Source: an uncultured Alphaproteobacteria bacterium (GTDB taxonomy: Bacteria > Pseudomonadota > Alphaproteobacteria > Acetobacterales > Acetobacteraceae). From it: 64,000 nt of DNA. A program made the translations under genes and the position numbers. Positions 55,982 through 64,000 of the stretch are shown here, one piece after another; within the stretch, counting starts at the first letter, position 1, and each line of letters begins with the position of its first letter. Location of the stretch: positions 89,507 to 153,506 of the forward strand of contig CAWHVQ010000004.1 in the NCBI GenBank assembly GCA_963832895.1. The letters are read 5' to 3'. Under the pieces are notes generated by a model. The model had not been told where the DNA came from and ran no database searches. It saw only the letters and a program-made list of their open reading frames with translations.

Positions 55982-57163
55982 TCACAAGTGAGTCGCCTCG
56001 ACCGAAGCAAAATACAGCTTCGGATCGGCTGCACGCACATGCGCTTCCGGCAGCCCCAGTTCGCGCCTGACGATATTGGTGCCCTCCACCATCGAGACGC
56101 ACTTATAGTGCGCTATCCGGCGGCTCAGCCCCTCGCGGCCGAAACCGCAGTCCGTCGTGATCACCAGCCGTTCCGGCGGGATGAACTCCAACGCGCGGCG
56201 GATCAGCCCCGCCACATATTCCGGCGGCTCAACCACCGTGTTGCAGTGGTTCACCACACCGATACCGATCTTCTTGTCAGTCTTGTACTTGCCGAACAGA
56301 TGCAGATCACGACCGTCGCTGCTGGCACATTCGAAAGTGATCACGTCCCCGTTCAATTGCAGCAGATACGGCATCGCGCGCTCATAACTCGGCACCTCCC
56401 AGTACACCCGCTGCTGGTTCGGATTGCCCCAACACGTGTGCACCCAGATCTCCGCATTGACCCCGACAAGCTGCCGGTTGAACGCCTCGGTGAGAAACTC
56501 CAGTTCCGCCTCGGTGCAATCTGGACGCAGCGAGCGCCCGTGATGCGGCGGCTCCTCCACCTGGATCAGCGGACAGCCCGCATCCGCCATCTCGCGGAAC
56601 TCGGCGTTCATGATGTCGCACAGATCGAGCACAAGCTGCTTATCGTCCGGATAGAATTCGTTCCACAGCATGCTGGCCAGCGCCGGCGCGCAGATCGCGC
56701 CGAACTTCACCGGCCGATCGGACATGCGCTGCGCCACCTGCCAGATCGCCGTGTATTCCAGCAGTCCCCGCTCGAGCTTGTGCTTCACCACACCAGGCTG
56801 ATACGCCTCCTGCACCTCCCACAGGATCTTGCCGGGCCGCAATCCGTGCCGGCTCATCCAGCCGCGCGACGTGTCGCGATGGCCCTCGACGCCCATGATG
56901 CGTTCGATCGGATAGAAGAACCACGACTTTCCCCCGACCGCGAGATCGAACCGGCTGTCGCCATCAGTGACAATGTCGAGGCCGGCCGCTTCCTGCGCGT
57001 TGATGACCGCCGCGACGGCATCCAGGTACTGTTCGCGGAACAGCGATTCTCCCAGCGCCGATTTGAACGATCGACCGTCGAGACTGAGATCGAACCACAG
57101 CGGACGCGGATACGATCCGGTGATCGCCGTGGGCAGCATCAGGTTCTGTGTGACTGACAGCAT
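55982..57163 (-). CDS. cobalamin-independent methionine-synthase-like (MetE C-terminal/URO-D fold) methyltransferase
   Basis: LPTAITGSYPRP.W... N-terminus, ...IQVEEP..., and ...TDCGFGREG... (Zn-Cys region). 393 aa. Confidence 0.8.
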   Translation of the reverse strand: MLSVTQNLMLPTAITGSYPRPLWFDLSLDGRSFKSALGESLFREQYLDAVAAVINAQEAAGLDIVTDGDSRFDLAVGGKSWFFYPIERIMGVEGHRDTSRGWMSRHGLRPGKILWEVQEAYQPGVVKHKLERGLLEYTAIWQVAQRMSDRPVKFGAICAPALASMLWNEFYPDDKQLVLDLCDIMNAEFREMADAGCPLIQVEEPPHHGRSLRPDCTEAELEFLTEAFNRQLVGVNAEIWVHTCWGNPNQQRVYWEVPSYERAMPYLLQLNGDVITFECASSDGRDLHLFGKYKTDKKIGIGVVNHCNTVVEPPEYVAGLIRRALEFIPPERLVITTDCGFGREGLSRRIAHYKCVSMVEGTNIVRRELGLPEAHVRAADPKLYFASVEATHL

Positions 57164-57172
57164 GGCGCCCTC

Positions 57173-58270
57173 TCAATCGAACATCAGCACGGTGCGCGCG
57201 ACCTCGCCGGCCTTCATCGCGCGGAACGCCTCGTTGATATCGCCCAAATGGCCGCGACGGCTGATCATCGAGTCCAGATCCAGCCGCCCCTGCCGATAGA
57301 ATTCCAGATAGTTTGGGATATCGGTGCGGAACTGGTTTGACCCCATGCGCGACGTCTGCACACGGCATTCCGGCCTGATCGCCATCCATGGGAACTCGAT
57401 CGTCGCATCCGGCGGCAGGACGCCGACGATCGTAGCGGTGCCACGCACGGCCAGCAATTCAATCGCCTGGCGACACAGCGACGCGATGCCCACCGCCTCG
57501 AAGGCATGATCGACGCCCAGCCCCTTGGTCAAGGCGCGCACCGCCTTCACCGGATCGTCCTGGGTGCTGTTCACCATGTGTGTCGCGCCGACACCCTTCG
57601 CCATCTCCAGTTTGGCATCGAACATATCGACCGCGATGATCTGTCGCGCGCCACCGATCCGCGCACCCTGAACAATAGACAGCCCGACGCCGCCGCAGCC
57701 GAACACCGCCACTGTCTGTCCCGCCTGCAATCCTGCGCTGCGCAGTGCAGCACCAACGCCGGTCAGCACACCGCAGCCCACCAGCGCCGCACGATCCAGC
57801 GGGATCTCCGGCTCGATCCGCACCAACGAATTCTCGTGCAGCAGCATATGTTCGGCGTAACTGCCGATCGCGGCGAAGGTCCGGAACGGCTGGCCACTCT
57901 GCGATACGCGCGGCGTTACATTTTCACCGCGCGCGACAATACCGCCGGTGCAGACATTCGGATGACCGCTCAGACATTGCGGACAGGTGCCGCAGAAACC
58001 GGACAAGCAAGCCACGACGTGATCGCCCACCCGCATCGTGGCGACATCCGCACCCACCGCCTCCACAACGCCGGCTCCCTCATGGCCCAGGACGAAAGGC
58101 CGATCGAGCGGAAACCGGCCGTTGCCATCCACCACGTGCAAATCGCTGTGGCAGACGCCTGTGGCAACCGTACGCACGAGCACCTCGCGGCCCCAGGGTT
58201 TGTCAATCTCCACCTGTTCGATGGTCAACGGTTCATGCGTCTTGCGGAAGACGGCCGCGGACATTTCCAT
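57173..58270 (-). CDS. zinc-dependent alcohol dehydrogenase
   Basis: GVCHSDLH, GHEGAGVVEAVG, structural-Zn CGTCPQCLSGHPNVC, and GCGGVGLS (Rossmann fold). Confidence 0.9.
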   Translation of the reverse strand: MEMSAAVFRKTHEPLTIEQVEIDKPWGREVLVRTVATGVCHSDLHVVDGNGRFPLDRPFVLGHEGAGVVEAVGADVATMRVGDHVVACLSGFCGTCPQCLSGHPNVCTGGIVARGENVTPRVSQSGQPFRTFAAIGSYAEHMLLHENSLVRIEPEIPLDRAALVGCGVLTGVGAALRSAGLQAGQTVAVFGCGGVGLSIVQGARIGGARQIIAVDMFDAKLEMAKGVGATHMVNSTQDDPVKAVRALTKGLGVDHAFEAVGIASLCRQAIELLAVRGTATIVGVLPPDATIEFPWMAIRPECRVQTSRMGSNQFRTDIPNYLEFYRQGRLDLDSMISRRGHLGDINEAFRAMKAGEVARTVLMFD

Positions 58271-58368
58271 GGCGGTTGCCTCGTCACGTTTCGTGACACA
58301 CTAGCGGGGCACGCCACACGGTGCCAATGGTGCCGATCCGCCCGATCACGGGCCTGAGCGCTGCGACG

Positions 58369-59235
58369 TCAGGTCTTCGCTGGGGTGTCCTTGCGCCGTC
58401 GCTCGTGCCACGCCTCCATAAGCTGGAGCACGGTCGCCGCGGTCTCCTCGATTGAACGTCGTGTCACGTCGATCACCGGCCAGCCGCGCCGATTGCATAG
58501 CCGCCGCGCCCACAGCAACTCTGATTTAACCGCGTCCTCGTCCACGTAGTCAGCGCTGTTCTGCCGAGCGATTGCAGAGGCGTTGCCGGCGGCAATCAGG
58601 CGCAGGCGATGACGGCGGATTTCGATCAGGGCCTCAGCCTCCAGGGTGAGACCGATCGCCGGACACTCCACACTCTCCAGCCCAGGCGGCTCTGGCAGAT
58701 TTGGCACCAACGGCACATTGGCCGCCTTGATGCCGCGGTTCGCAAGATAGAAGCAGGTCGGGGTCTTTGAGCTTCGCGACACCCCTACCAGCACGACATC
58801 CGCCTCGGCCAGGCCCGGCTGAGCCTGGCCATCATCATGCGCCAGCACGTAGTGCATGGCGTCGATGCGGCGGAAATAGTCGGCGTTCAGCGCGTATTGT
58901 CGACCGGGGCGGGCAGCGGCCTCCTCACCGGCATATTCCTGCAGAATGCTCATGACCGGGTCGAGGACGTTCACCAGCGGGACGTTCAGCCGTCTGCAGG
59001 TCGTCTCGAGCTCATCACGCAGAGCCCGATCAACCAAGGTAGACAGCACCGGTCCCGGCTCGTGCTCAACCCCCTCGATCACGCGGTGCAACTGAAACCG
59101 CGTCCGGATCAGGCTCCAGCGATGATAGATGATCTCGGCATGCTCGAATTGCACCGTGGTGGCCCGGGCGATGGCGTTCAACGTCTCGCCGGTGGCATCG
59201 GAGACCAGGTGCAGATTGATGCGATGGTCAGGCAT
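58369..59235 (-). CDS. pyruvate,phosphate dikinase / PEP synthase regulatory protein (DUF299 kinase-pyrophosphorylase)
   Basis: [12 protein letters not shown]..., P-loop-like [13 protein letters not shown], and ...[12 protein letters not shown].... Confidence 0.85.
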   Translation of the reverse strand: MPDHRINLHLVSDATGETLNAIARATTVQFEHAEIIYHRWSLIRTRFQLHRVIEGVEHEPGPVLSTLVDRALRDELETTCRRLNVPLVNVLDPVMSILQEYAGEEAAARPGRQYALNADYFRRIDAMHYVLAHDDGQAQPGLAEADVVLVGVSRSSKTPTCFYLANRGIKAANVPLVPNLPEPPGLESVECPAIGLTLEAEALIEIRRHRLRLIAAGNASAIARQNSADYVDEDAVKSELLWARRLCNRRGWPVIDVTRRSIEETAATVLQLMEAWHERRRKDTPAKT

Positions 59236-59514
59236 GGCGCTGAGGATAGCGGGGATAATGGGGACTTTCACCACATTGTCGGGGCTCGGCTCGAAACCCG
59301 GGGAAGACTCATACCTCCGCGAGTACGGTGGAGGAATTCGCACGCCACCTTGGGGAAATGGGGACACCGCCGGATTATGCGATGAAGTCAGTCGCTTTGC
59401 CGGCAATGCTCCGGTGGGCACCAGCACCCAAACTCGCGGAGAATTCCATCCACGCAACTCACAGGCCTAATTACCCCTTCATCCATTTCTTTATCTTTCT
59501 TTTCTGTTTAAGCG

Positions 59515-60567
59515 ATGGCCATGGAACAACCAGCGAAGTCCCTGCTGCGGGCACTGGCCGGGGAAAAGTTGTGGCCACCACCAATCTGGCTGATGCGCCA
59601 GGCGGGCCGCTACCTGCCGGAGTATCGTGCCCTGCGGGCGAAGGTCACGGATTTCGTCGCACTCTGCACGAGGCCCGATCTGGCAGCGGACGTGACGCTG
59701 CAGCCAATCCGCCGCTACCGCTTCGACGCCGCAATCCTGTTCAGCGATATTCTGATGGTTCCCTGGGCGCTCGGCCAGCGCGTCGACTATCGCGAAGGCG
59801 AAGGGCCCGTGCTGCCACCGTTGCGCGACGAGACGGGGGTGGCGGCGCTACAGCCGGAGCGGTTGTCTGCCGCGATCGCGCCGATCCTGGAAACGGTGAG
59901 GCGGGTGCGTTCAGGGTTGGCGACCGAAGGGTTTGCCGACTGCACGCTGATCGGCTTCGCCGGCGCACCGTTCACCGTGGCGTGCTACATGGTCGAGGGT
60001 GGTGGCTCGCGGGATTTCGCCGCGACGCGGACCATGGCGTACGCCCAGCCTGCGCTGTTCGACCGGCTGATCGCTCTGCTCACCGAGGCGACGGTGAATT
60101 ATCTGTCGGCGCAGATCGATGCCGGCGTCGAGACGGTGATGCTGTTCGATACCTGGGCCGGCATTCTCTCGCCCAGCCGGTTCCGCCGCTATGTCATTGA
60201 ACCGGCGCGGACGATCGCCGATGCATTGCGCCGGCGTCATCCCGCGGTGCCGATCATCGGCTTTCCGCGGCTGGCCGGCCAGCTGATTGGCGACTACGTG
60301 ACGGCAACCCTGGTCGACGGCATCGGGTTGGACACTTCGATGGATATTGGCCTCGCCGGCCGATTGATTCCGCCCCGCGTGGCGCTGCAAGGCAATCTCG
60401 ATCCGCTGGCCCTGGTCGCTGGGGGAGCGGCCCTGCGTCAGGAAGCCGCCACTGTGCTCGCCGCTCTGAAGGGGCGGCCGTGCGTGTTCAATCTCGGCCA
60501 TGGCATCGTGCCACAGACGCCGCCCGACCATGTCGCCGCGTTGGTGGAGCAAGTACGTGCGGCCTAG
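59515..60567 (+). CDS. hemE: uroporphyrinogen decarboxylase
   Basis: ...PPIWLMRQAGRYLPEYR... and ...RRYRFDAAILFSDILMVP.... Confidence 0.95.
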   Translation: MAMEQPAKSLLRALAGEKLWPPPIWLMRQAGRYLPEYRALRAKVTDFVALCTRPDLAADVTLQPIRRYRFDAAILFSDILMVPWALGQRVDYREGEGPVLPPLRDETGVAALQPERLSAAIAPILETVRRVRSGLATEGFADCTLIGFAGAPFTVACYMVEGGGSRDFAATRTMAYAQPALFDRLIALLTEATVNYLSAQIDAGVETVMLFDTWAGILSPSRFRRYVIEPARTIADALRRRHPAVPIIGFPRLAGQLIGDYVTATLVDGIGLDTSMDIGLAGRLIPPRVALQGNLDPLALVAGGAALRQEAATVLAALKGRPCVFNLGHGIVPQTPPDHVAALVEQVRAA

Positions 60568-61594
60568 GGTCGCTGTCGTTCTGTTCAACCTGGGCGGACC
60601 GGATCGACCTGAGGCGATCAGGCCTTTTCTCGTCAATCTGTTCAGCGACCCCGCCATTCTCCGCGTTCCGTTCTTTGTCCGGCCGTTTCTTGCGCGCAGG
60701 ATTGCCGCGGCGCGGCTGGCGCCAGCGCGTGCCAGCTACGCCGTGTTGGGGGGCCGCTCGCCGCTCCTCGAGCTGACCCGCGCACAGGCGGGCGCGCTCG
60801 AGGCCGAGATGACGGAGCTGGACGTGAAGTGTTTTATCGCAATGCGGTATTGGCATCCGCTCAGCGATGAGACCGCGCGGGCGGTGCGGGACTGGAAGCC
60901 TGATGAGGTCGTCCTGTTCCCGTTGTATCCGCAATATTCCAGCACAACGGCCGGCAGTTCGTTGACTGCATGGCGTGAGGCGGCCGCACGGGCCGGGCTG
61001 GTGGCAAACACGACGGTGCTGTGCTGCTATCCGACCGACGCAGGCTACATCGGTGCCACCGCCACCCTGGTGCGGCAGGCATGGAAGCAGGCGCGGACCA
61101 AGTTGGATGCATCGATCGGGTTGCGGGTCTTGTTCTCCGCCCACGGCCTGCCGGAGGCGATCGTGCAGGCCGGCGATCCCTACCAATGGCAGATCGAGCA
61201 GACGGTTGCGGCTGTTCTGGCCGAGTGGCAGCGGGCGCCGGATTGGGTCATTTGCTACCAGTCCAGGGCAACGCCGCAGCGGTGGCTTGAGCCGAGTACC
61301 GAGCATGAGATCGAGCGGGCCGCCCGCGACAAGGTTGCGGTGCTGGTCGTGCCGATTGCCTTCGTATCGGAGCATTCGGAGACCCTTGTGGAACTCGACG
61401 CCGACTATCGTGGTCTGGCCGAGCGGCTCGGTGTGCCCGGCTATTTTCGGGTTCCGACCCAGGGCGCGGATACCGCCTTCATCGCGGCGTTGGCGAAGCT
61501 GGTACGCCGAGCGCGCGCGCACGGGCCTGGTCTCTGCAGCCACGCTGGCGGGCGGTTTTGCCCGGCCGATCGCAAACTATGTCCGTTCCAATGA
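60557..61594 (+). CDS. hemH: ferrochelatase
   Basis: GTG start overlapping the hemE end. VAVVLFNLGGPD..., ...LFPLYPQYSSTT..., ...LFSAHGLPE... and ...FVSEHSETLVELD.... Confidence 0.9.
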   Translation: MRPRVAVVLFNLGGPDRPEAIRPFLVNLFSDPAILRVPFFVRPFLARRIAAARLAPARASYAVLGGRSPLLELTRAQAGALEAEMTELDVKCFIAMRYWHPLSDETARAVRDWKPDEVVLFPLYPQYSSTTAGSSLTAWREAAARAGLVANTTVLCCYPTDAGYIGATATLVRQAWKQARTKLDASIGLRVLFSAHGLPEAIVQAGDPYQWQIEQTVAAVLAEWQRAPDWVICYQSRATPQRWLEPSTEHEIERAARDKVAVLVVPIAFVSEHSETLVELDADYRGLAERLGVPGYFRVPTQGADTAFIAALAKLVRRARAHGPGLCSHAGGRFCPADRKLCPFQ

Positions 61595-62043
61595 CAATCG
61601 GATTCCTGACCGCTCTGTATCCCTGGACCAAGGCACTTCACATCATATCGGTGATCGCCTGGATGGCCGGGATGCTATACCTGCCGCGTCTCTACGTGTA
61701 CCACTGTGAGGTGAAGCCGGGTTCAGCGGAAAGCGAACGCTTCAAGGTTATGGAGCGGAGGCTGCTCAGGCAGATCACCAATCCGGCGATGATCGCGGCC
61801 TGGTGCTTCGGCGTGCTGTTGGTGCTGACACCGGGGATAATCAATTGGTCCGCCGGCTGGTGGCACGTGAAGCTCACCCTGGTGCTGTTGATGTCCGGGT
61901 TTCACGGCGCACTGTCGCGTTGGCGGCGGGACTTCCTGGAGGACCGCAACCGGCGGCCTCAGCGTTTCTACCGTATTGCCAACGAGGTGCCGACCTTGCT
62001 GATGGTGGTCATCGTCGTGATGGTGATCGTCCGGCCGTTCTGA
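61591..62043 (+). CDS. hemJ: HemJ-type protoporphyrinogen IX oxidase (UPF0093/CopD-like membrane protein)
   Basis: The ATG overlaps the hemH stop (ATGA). ...[27 protein letters not shown]...HVKL.... Confidence 0.8.
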   Translation: MTIGFLTALYPWTKALHIISVIAWMAGMLYLPRLYVYHCEVKPGSAESERFKVMERRLLRQITNPAMIAAWCFGVLLVLTPGIINWSAGWWHVKLTLVLLMSGFHGALSRWRRDFLEDRNRRPQRFYRIANEVPTLLMVVIVVMVIVRPF

Positions 62044-62272
62044 CAACGCCGGACAGGAAACCCTTGACTTTCCCTGTAGTTCATCCCACGTGCCGGTTGA
62101 CGGGGGGCGGCCGTACCGCCTAGATTCGGGTCTCCCTCCGCAAGGTGTCGGCCAACCGCCGCCTGAAAAATCTCCCACCAGACGGGACCGAACCTGCCCA
62201 TCCCAGACGATGGTCGGCAACGATATACCGGGCATTCTGCCCCTGTCCCGCATCATTAATCGGACTACGTCC

Positions 62273-63547
62273 ATGCATCTTGCCGAACTCAAGGCCAAAT
62301 CCCCCTCCGACCTGCTCAGTTACGCCGAATCGCTGCAGATTGAGAACGCATCGTCCCTGCGCAAGCAGGACATGATGTTCGCGATCCTGAAGAACCTGGC
62401 CGAGAACGACCAGGCCATCCATGGCGAAGGCACATTGGAAATCTTACCCGACGGCTTCGGGTTCTTGCGCAGCCCGGAGGCCAACTACCTGCCCGGCCCG
62501 GATGACATCTATGTGAGTCCCAGCCAGGTGCGCCGCTTCGGCCTGCGGACCGGCGATTCTGTCGAGGGGCAGATTCGGGCGCCCAAGGATGGCGAACGCT
62601 ATTTCGCGCTGCTCAAGGTCAACACCATCAATTTCGAACCGCCGGAATCCGTGCGGCACAGGATCAACTTCGACAACCTGACCCCGCTGTATCCGGATGA
62701 GCGGCTGAAGATGGAGGTGGAGAACTTCCAATCGGTCGCGAAGGGTCCGAGCAAGGACTACACGCCCCGAGTGATCGATCTGATCGCGCCGATCGGCAAG
62801 GGGCAGCGCGCCCTGATCGTCTCGCCGCCGCGAACCGGCAAGACCGTGATGCTGCAGAATATCGCCACCGCGATCGCCGCCAACCATCCCGAGGTATTCC
62901 TCATCGTGCTGCTGATCGATGAGCGGCCCGAGGAAGTTACCGACATGGCGCGCTCGGTGAAGGGCGAGGTGATCAGTTCCACCTTCGATGAGCCGGCAAC
63001 GCGGCACGTGCAGGTGACCGAAATGGTGATCGAGAAGGCCAAGCGGCTCGTCGAGCACCGGCGCGACGTGGTCATTCTGCTGGATTCAATCACCCGCCTT
63101 GCGCGGGCCTACAACACGGTGGTGCCGAGCTCCGGCAAGGTGCTGACCGGCGGCGTGGATGCCAATGCGCTGCAACGACCGAAGCGCTTCTTTGGCGCGG
63201 CGCGCAACATCGAGGAAGGCGGGTCGCTGACCATCATCGCAACCGCGCTGATCGACACAGGCAGCCGGATGGACGAGGTGATTTTCGAGGAGTTCAAGGG
63301 CACCGGCAATTCGGAAATCATCCTTGACCGCAAGCTGTCCGACAAGAGGACGTTCCCGGCGATCGACATCACCAAGTCGGGCACGCGCAAGGAAGAGCTG
63401 CTGGTCGAGAAGAGCACGCTGTCGAAGATGTGGGTGCTACGGCGGATACTGAACCCGATGGGGACGGTCGATGCGATGGAGTTCCTGCTTGACAAGCTGA
63501 AGTACAGCAAGACCAACAACGACTTCTTCGATGCGATGAATACCTGA
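62273..63547 (+). CDS. rho: transcription termination factor Rho
   Basis: [15 protein letters not shown]..., RNP-like GFGFLR, Walker A PPRTGKT, ...[10 protein letters not shown].... Confidence 0.95.
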   Translation: MHLAELKAKSPSDLLSYAESLQIENASSLRKQDMMFAILKNLAENDQAIHGEGTLEILPDGFGFLRSPEANYLPGPDDIYVSPSQVRRFGLRTGDSVEGQIRAPKDGERYFALLKVNTINFEPPESVRHRINFDNLTPLYPDERLKMEVENFQSVAKGPSKDYTPRVIDLIAPIGKGQRALIVSPPRTGKTVMLQNIATAIAANHPEVFLIVLLIDERPEEVTDMARSVKGEVISSTFDEPATRHVQVTEMVIEKAKRLVEHRRDVVILLDSITRLARAYNTVVPSSGKVLTGGVDANALQRPKRFFGAARNIEEGGSLTIIATALIDTGSRMDEVIFEEFKGTGNSEIILDRKLSDKRTFPAIDITKSGTRKEELLVEKSTLSKMWVLRRILNPMGTVDAMEFLLDKLKYSKTNNDFFDAMNT

Positions 63548-63667
63548 GATCTCTCCGAAACGGTCAGCAGCCTCATCCTAACGATATGATTGCAAAACGG
63601 GATATTCGCTCCTAGTATCGAAACGAAGTCTGCAATCACGCGGACGTTTGGTTCGATCGGATACGCG

Positions 63668-64000
63668 ATGAAGCGACTTGCTCCCGGGTTGTTCGGCTCA
63701 CTTTTGCTCGCCGCGATCGCCGTGGCACCTGCGGCCAGTCTCAGGGCAGCGGGACTTTACGACGGGACCTACCATGGCACGCTTACGGGGGCTGGTTCGA
63801 ACGCCATGCCCTGCGCCAAGCAAGCGCCCGTCCAGATCACCGTGACCGACAATAAGCTTGAGTATGTTCACATGGGTCACGCGACGATCTCTGCCGCTGT
63901 AGGGGCTGACGGTTCGTTCAGCGGCTCCGGCCAGAACAGCTACGCCGGCAATCGAACCGGTGTGTTGGTGCAGACCCTCGACGGGAAGATTTCCGCTGGG
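63668..64000 (+). CDS. secreted hypothetical protein (5' part; runs off the right window edge)
   Basis: ATG at 63668. MKRLAPGLFGSLLLAAIAVAPAASLRAA is a signal peptide. The frame stays open to the last base. It is absent from the ORF track because it has no stop. Confidence 0.5.
   Translation, partial: MKRLAPGLFGSLLLAAIAVAPAASLRAAGLYDGTYHGTLTGAGSNAMPCAKQAPVQITVTDNKLEYVHMGHATISAAVGADGSFSGSGQNSYAGNRTGVLVQTLDGKISAG

Noticed and set aside
1-64000. CRISPR arrays, rRNA and tRNA genes, IS elements and transposases, integrases, reverse transcriptases, phage structural genes and classical defence systems (R-M, Abi, CBASS, retron).
   Set aside because: No spaced direct repeats, no conserved rRNA or tRNA strings, and no transposase, integrase or RT motifs (for example DDE or YxDD contexts) were seen in any of the six-frame translations. 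The only toxin-type module is vapBC.

Overview
High-GC (roughly 64-65% by eye) alphaproteobacterial chromosomal segment. The proteins look Bradyrhizobium/Rhodopseudomonas-like, but that is inference from reading the translations; no search was run. Most of the window is core housekeeping: hslVU, metZ, apaG, folE, ppa, ku, a liv-type amino-acid ABC operon, tyrC-hisC-chorismate mutase, metX, hemE-hemH-hemJ and rho.

The one clearly accessory block lies at 34.0-41.4 kb. It is a translationally coupled hoxE-hoxF-hoxU-hoxY-hoxH operon for a bidirectional-type [NiFe] hydrogenase. Its 1055-aa HoxF carries an in-frame C-terminal GltD/NfnB-like FAD/NAD(P)H module. A stand-alone cNMP-binding protein precedes the operon, and the HoxW protease is encoded convergently behind an SDR gene.

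The second main observation is that six conserved genes are broken by +1 frameshifts. In five of them (vapB, agmatinase, nudC, livM and a Gly/His/Tyr-rich secreted protein) the lesion is the same: an extra C immediately 3' of a GTAC tetranucleotide. This points to a motif-linked systematic sequencing or base-modification artefact, or to a real mutational hotspot, rather than independent pseudogenisation.

Other supported items:
- a perfect FNR/FixK box in front of an orphan, un-tracked Flp pilin gene;
- a probable SAM-II riboswitch in front of metZ;
- a ~110-bp palindromic intergenic repeat present twice;
- a head-to-head pair of 5'-truncated gene remnants that marks a deletion scar;
- a DegP-like protease embedded in the liv operon;
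- a Ku gene coupled to a small coiled-coil ORF with no LigD nearby.

No rRNA, tRNA, CRISPR array, IS element or prophage gene was seen. All functional names come from motif recognition, not database hits.
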